DNA of 41,220 nt, counting the filler, from Bigelowiella natans CCMP2755 (taxonomy: Eukaryota; Protista; Cercozoa), in the NCBI GenBank assembly GCA_000320545.1. It is 2 parts of 2 records of this genome, joined end to end, with 100 filler letters (N's around TTAATTAATTAA, not from the genome) between each part and the next. Parts side by side here need not be neighbours in the genome. Positions count along the whole stretch, not along the records: positions 17,776 to 41,220 come from ADNK01001246.1; 1 more part is not named here. One strand, 5' to 3'. Every line of letters begins with the position of its first letter. Position 1 is the first letter of the stretch. Shown in pieces: positions 35,939 through 41,220 of the stretch. The notes under the pieces are model-generated. The model was given only the letters and a program-made list of their open reading frames with translations. It was not told the DNA's origin and did no database searches. The translations under genes and the position numbers were made by a program.

Positions 35939-36237
35939 AAGCGCTGCTTGCCTACATATGAGACGGATGTAATGAAATGTTTAAATTTTTTCAATGGTCG
36001 CCCTAATGTAGCTGTGCAATGCAGCGTATGTATACTGTAGATCGTGTGTGGGCTACATTTGTACGTTTCGCACGCCACAATGATGTTTCCGTGCTTTCAT
36101 TGCATCTATATATATGTGTTGCAATTGTACTAGTATGTGCTGCAGCCACTGCTTTGCACAGCTGCATACATTGGGATGACCATTGACAAGATTTAATCAC
36201 TTCATTGCATCCGTCTCATGATGAGCAAGTAGAGCTT
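35939..36237. mobile_element. Foldback (MITE-like) arrangement of two inverted copies of the dispersed repeat around a spacer of about 110 bp
   Basis: The forward arm is 35953-36026 and the reverse arm is 36137-36219. Weaker similarity extends outward (AAGCGCTGCTTGCC vs AAGCTCTACTTGCT). No target-site duplication was identified. Confidence 0.55.
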
Positions 36238-36809
36238 TACAGTCGCATTGGCAGATGCAATGATCACACATCTTCCAACAAGCAACGTCTAGCTAGAATG
36301 TGCGTCTATCGAAATATTTTTGCTGCATACGTGAAATAGTACACATCTACGCACATATCCACAGCGCCATGTCATTTGATATGATATGTGCACTATGCAG
36401 CGAGCAGCTCGCCGATTGAAAAATCTTCGTTCTCTTATAGAAGAACAAAACAGAAGTCGATCGTCGCCATCGTTCGACTGTCTATCTTCTGAATTCATAC
36501 AAATGCGTCGATGACATCAATGCCTGTATCTCATTTCACTAGTTTACTTCATGTCTTTCCGTTTTCGATGTTTAACAAGAGAGTCGTTGACTCTTGATTG
36601 ATGAGTTTTTAAATGGCCCTTTCATAGTTAATTTAATTTATTTTTTTTCATTCTATCTATCTCTATCTCTATTTGGAAAGGGGGTGACTTTGCGGAAGCT
36701 GGTCCCGCTGTGTATATTCCAGCAATACTACATACATGGAGGAGGTGGTTCCAGAGCTTGATGCTACAAATAATGAGTCTGCCATTCTACGAGAAGAATG
36801 CATGTGGTA

Positions 36810-37532
36810 TCATTTGCTCTCAGTTTCAACCTTTCTCGACATCGCTGTCATTCTCTCCAACAAGAAGTAGTTGTAGCCATCAAATAATAATCTCCATAAA
36901 TATTTGCTTAGCTTCGAATCGCCCTCATTGCCTTTCTTCACCATCCAATCCCTGAATTCCAGCAACTTAGAATATACTGGTTTACCATATGGACTATCCC
37001 TTCCATTCAGAACTGCGATGTATAACACTGGAGCTAGCACATACCAAGAGATAATACATGCAGGTGCTAGTATAGCAATGCCAACCGGAAAGAGAACGAT
37101 CGAGCCAGGAATTACAACACCGGTGAAAACTATAGCACTAGGGAAAGTGATAATCCCTAATAGCCCACCAGTAAACATTGCCAATGTTAACGCAGTGATC
37201 CAAATACCCAAAGTTAGAAGGAAAACCCCAATAAAGTATATCAATGGTGACGCAAAGAACACAATAAATGGCACTGATGGATAAATAATGAACAATGCGA
37301 TAATTGCTAGGATTGATGATATGATCGTCTTGGCTCTCTCAGTTGATATTTTTGATAGGGATAAAAACTGTCCGATCATATCGAGCTCTAGGAGTAGCTT
37401 TGTTCCTGGCCTTGTAATGCTTGTAACAATAAATGTTGTCACTGCCGCAGGGAAAAAAAAACCCATCATGAAGAAAAAAAAACCAACAAGATAGAATGCA
37501 TTCTTGGAAACTCCCACGAGTTTCGTAACCAT
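36810..37532 (-). CDS. Intronless 240-aa highly hydrophobic protein (candidate lipid-droplet or hairpin membrane protein)
   Basis: Uninterrupted ORF from ATG at 37532, with no microsatellites and 109 consecutive residues free of D/E/K/R. Confidence 0.75.
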   Translation of the reverse strand: MVTKLVGVSKNAFYLVGFFFFMMGFFFPAAVTTFIVTSITRPGTKLLLELDMIGQFLSLSKISTERAKTIISSILAIIALFIIYPSVPFIVFFASPLIYFIGVFLLTLGIWITALTLAMFTGGLLGIITFPSAIVFTGVVIPGSIVLFPVGIAILAPACIISWYVLAPVLYIAVLNGRDSPYGKPVYSKLLEFRDWMVKKGNEGDSKLSKYLWRLLFDGYNYFLLERMTAMSRKVETESK

Positions 37533-37615
37533 TGCGTGTGTGTGGGGGGGCGGTGATGTATGTCTGCAGGAATTCGTACACGGGAGAAGAGAGATCTGAT
37601 GATCGGAGGAAGACC

Positions 37616-37697
37616 CCAATCACCAACTGGAGACTCTCCGGAGATGATGATAGAGAAATCTCCAATTACAAACTGGAGACTCTCTGGAGATGATGAT
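37616..37697 (+). repeat. 46-bp-period direct repeat in the short divergent intergenic region
   Basis: CCAAT(C/T)AC(C/A)AACTGGAGACTCTC(C/T)GGAGATGATGAT at 37616 and 37662. Confidence 0.85.
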
Positions 37698-37887
37698 GAT
37701 GTGGGTAAGAAGACCGGCCAAGATCTTCTCAACCCAAAGTCATGTCGCTCTGATGTATCGGCATGGTATTGCGGGGCGTTTGGAGAAGCAAAGCCCGCAG
37801 TCAAACAACTCAGCGGCAAGCGTTCTGTTGTTGCTGCTGGCGACCCGAACCGACCGCCCGCCAATAGGAGGTGCAGCAGCAGCAGCC

Positions 37888-38472
37888 ATGGCTACCTCTT
37901 CCTCAACCCGATTGATACCCATGCCCCAGCCCGCTGGGGTTGCTGTGGCTGTGAGATGCGCACGGTGTAAAAAATGGCGACGCTTTTTCACGGCAGTCGC
38001 CTCGAAGCCTGTATTCAACCTCAAAGATGAGGAGGAGGAAGGATGGGATCGGAGAGACAGAAATGGCACAGAGCTGTGCTGGACCTGTGAGCTGAACCCA
38101 GATCCGCGTTTCCAGACTTGTGAGGCTGCGGAAGAAGCCGTCAAGGCAGATGTTAAGGAGTTAGAGAATGGACCGGTATGCCCCCCCCCCCCCCCGCTGC
38201 ATATTTGATCCCCATTCAACCCCTTCTTTTATTTAGTAGTGTCATGTAGAATAATAACAACACACCTTTCATTCTACGTATCAATTAATTTTGCGCCCTT
38301 TACATTCCTCGTTTTGGCATCGCTTTGCAACCCCCCGTCCCGTCCCTTACTTCTTCTCTGTTTCAGTGGAACTTCAAGGCATTGCAGATCCCGATGTTTG
38401 ACCGCGCGCACTACGACAAATATTTCAGCTATCCTGGATGGACTTTGAAGGAGACCTTGGTGGAAAGATAGG

Positions 38473-38513
<41 letters not shown>

Positions 38514-40865
38514 GGGATGTGTACAAACGATGAATATGATTTACTAGCTCTCAATAAGCCATCATTCATTCATTCATTCGTTAATCATCAGGCGCTTCTG
38601 CGGTATGTACTGAAATTCCGGCATACGTGGGAGAAAATAAGCCAGGATGACATCTTGTGGAAGACTCACCCAAAATTTGATGTATGTGAGAATGTGATGC
38701 GCCGTGATTGTAGGCTTGTGTGCCCCCCTTCTTTCTCTTGCGTGTAAACAAATGAATGCTAATGCACAGGATTGTGAGAGGCGATACCTACATTTGGTTG
38801 CGATGGCCAAGCTCTTCCCTATGATGGTAATGATCAAGTTTTATCACATTCCTCTAAGCGCCCTTAACCCCAAAATCCCTGTATCGTAAATATGCTATGA
38901 ACTATATTAGGCTATTCTTCAAAGTCGATGCCGACCCAATGTAATCAAGCAATATCTCAATCAAACGTCCAGAGACCAGAACAAATCTCTCGATGTGCGC
39001 CTAAAGTCTCAAAAGGATGCACAAAGTTAGTTTGCAGAACACTAGGGAAACCACGTATTAAGTAGTAGTATCGACTTGGCACAGTCTAGCAAAGATGCGT
39101 GCTGTGGTGCTGTATCCACGATTACTAATATTTTGATCATTCACCATCGCCCATATCACTCACTCACATTGGTGTGTGTCTATTACTTCTGACGGCATTC
39201 CTCCTCATATTCTTCTTTTTCTTCTTCTTTACTAACAGGTCAAAAACTAAAAGCCAAGCGCGAGAACAAAAGTCGTCGCAAGCAGAAGTTTAACCTTGTA
39301 TATTTAAGAACAGACAGCGCTCGGAACAAGAAAAAAGCAGCGGTAGTTAGTCAGAAGTAACAGCAGTGCGTAGCATTAGTGGTAGTAGTAGTAGTAGTAG
39401 TAGTAGGAGTAGCAAGGAGCAACTTTAACAGCAGGTTGGTATCTTTGAAGATCCTCTCTAATTGTACTAACCGTTTGTATTATGAACAGGAAAAGAAGAA
39501 GAAGAAAAAGAAGAAGAAAAATAACAAAAGAACTTCTGACGAGTGGTCGGAGCCTCCCCTCATTCGATCCGCGCCGACGCGAGTGAGTAGCAGGTTGCGC
39601 GGAAAGGAACGTAAGACGTACGTGTTTGAGGACAATTCCGGCAGCGACGATGAGGACGACATGGAAGAAGACGAGGACGAGGACCAGGAACCTGAGTTCC
39701 TTTACCGAGCTGAGAAAGTGCTGGCTGCGCGCTCGAGGAAGAGCATCCAGAGTGGTGGTGGTGGTGGTAGTGGTGGTAACGGTGCAGCTGGAGGAAGTGA
39801 AGGGGCGGAAGCAGCCGCTGCCGCATCATCCTCAGGGATACCGATGCAAGTTGAGGGAGAAGAAGAACAGCAGCAGCAGCAGCAGCAGCAGTACCTAGTC
39901 AAGATTGAAGGGGTGTCGTATCGACACTGCCGGTGGTTATCAGAGACAGAGATGGAGCGTCTGGTTGGGCATGACATGCTTGTACGGCGTCTGGGAAAGT
40001 TCAATCGTGAGCGAGAGAAGATCGAACGGGAGAACTGGGACTACTTCGATGGAGAGCCTTATAACCCAATGTTAGTTCGTTACGTTACGTTACATTATGT
40101 CGCTAGTAGTGGCTGTTATATTACAGTAGTTGGGATGAGGAGGGGGAACACCACCTTGTCTGGGTTACTACGATACTGCCAATTGCTGCTGCTGCTGCTG
40201 CTACTGAAGATAATAATGAAGATAATGATGATGATAAGGAGGAGGAGGAGGAGGAGGATGATGATGATGGAACTTTGTTGTGGCAATGTCTGCCTCTGCG
40301 AGGAATCGGCTGCTACTAGCTCTAGCATTATCCACTGATTGAACTATGAATTTATGCACGTATTACTGTTCCCCCTTCTACTTACTTGCTCCTCCTTAGG
40401 TATAAAGAAGTTGACCGCATTTTGGACGAAACGACCATCAAGACGCTCGTAGGCCCTGATGGAAAACCGCTGCTTAGATTTCCGACGTATTATTATCATT
40501 ATTAGTCACATTATATTGCTGCAACCCGATCATCCTCACACAACTACAACTACAGCTACAACTACATACACACGCTTGTGATTATGTCAAACGGAAACAT
40601 ATGCTTATTTAATAATAAAACCAGATACATGGACGAGGAATATGAATTGAAATTGAAGATCCCAAAGAGCATTCCTGAGGGCATAGATATCACTGGCAGC
40701 AAAGAGGAAGACATTCTCATGTACATTTTATATAAACAGCAGCTCATACACTCTCTACCAGACGTGGAATTGAACCATTACTCTCGTCGCAGGTATCTCG
40801 TCAAGTGGAAAGAGCTCTCCTATACACATTGCACATGGGAACTGGCAAGCGAGGTAGTACAGTAG

Positions 40866-40896
<31 letters not shown>

Positions 40897-41220
40897 TTGT
40901 CAAAAAAGGAAAGGAAGAAACGTGTTGCGAGAGAAAAAGAAGAAAAAGAAAAAGCAGCAGCCGTTAGTGAGTGAATTAGTGTGGACATCTTTCGAGTTCC
41001 TCAAAATAGCCACCACTACAACTACTACTACTACTACTACTACTACTTCGTATCGGTTGCGTTCGTCGTTGACATATGTCTTCTTGGGGTTTCCTCCACT
41101 TACCTCCTCCCCCTTCCCCCCCCCCTATGGAATTCTTTCTCAATAGAGGGGATGTTTGTTAACCTCTGCGTGTGATTGAAGGTTACGGGTGTCTAGAAGT
41201 ACTCCAACTGCTGTTGCTGG
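37888..41220 (+). CDS. 5' part of a probable CHD-family chromatin remodeller: zf-CW, SANT-like domain and tandem chromodomains; truncated by the window end
   Basis: zf-CW: VRCARCKKWRR...WTCELNPDPRFQTCEAAEE. SANT-like: GWTLKETL|ALLRYVLKFRHTWEKI...DCERRY. Chromodomains: AEKVLAAR...YLVKIEGVSYRHCRWLS and PYNPM|YKEVDRILD...YLVKWKELSYTHCTWE. The ATPase domain is not in the window. Confidence 0.8.

Overview
Intron-rich eukaryotic nuclear DNA with GT-AG introns full of di- and trinucleotide microsatellites. Two genes carry signal-peptide plus transit-peptide-like leaders, which suggests an alga with a secondary plastid (chlorarachniophyte-like; inference only). Seven protein genes were reconstructed by hand. 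They encode a rhodanese-domain protein (-), an unknown membrane protein (+), a P-class PPR protein (+, spanning an assembly gap), a mid-SUN protein (-), a GH38 alpha-mannosidase-like protein lacking its nucleophile (+), an intronless very hydrophobic oleosin-like protein (-), and the 5' part of a CHD-type remodeller with zf-CW and SANT-like domains (+). The most striking signal is non-genic: about 1.7 kb (7747-9429) has only 5 TpA dinucleotides, and 8290-9215 has none. Tandem and dispersed repeat copies differ preferentially by TA->TG or TA->CA. This points to a localized, both-strand, TpA-directed A-to-G hypermutation process, opposite in direction to fungal RIP. Exon boundaries and counts are manual, and several gene ends are approximate.
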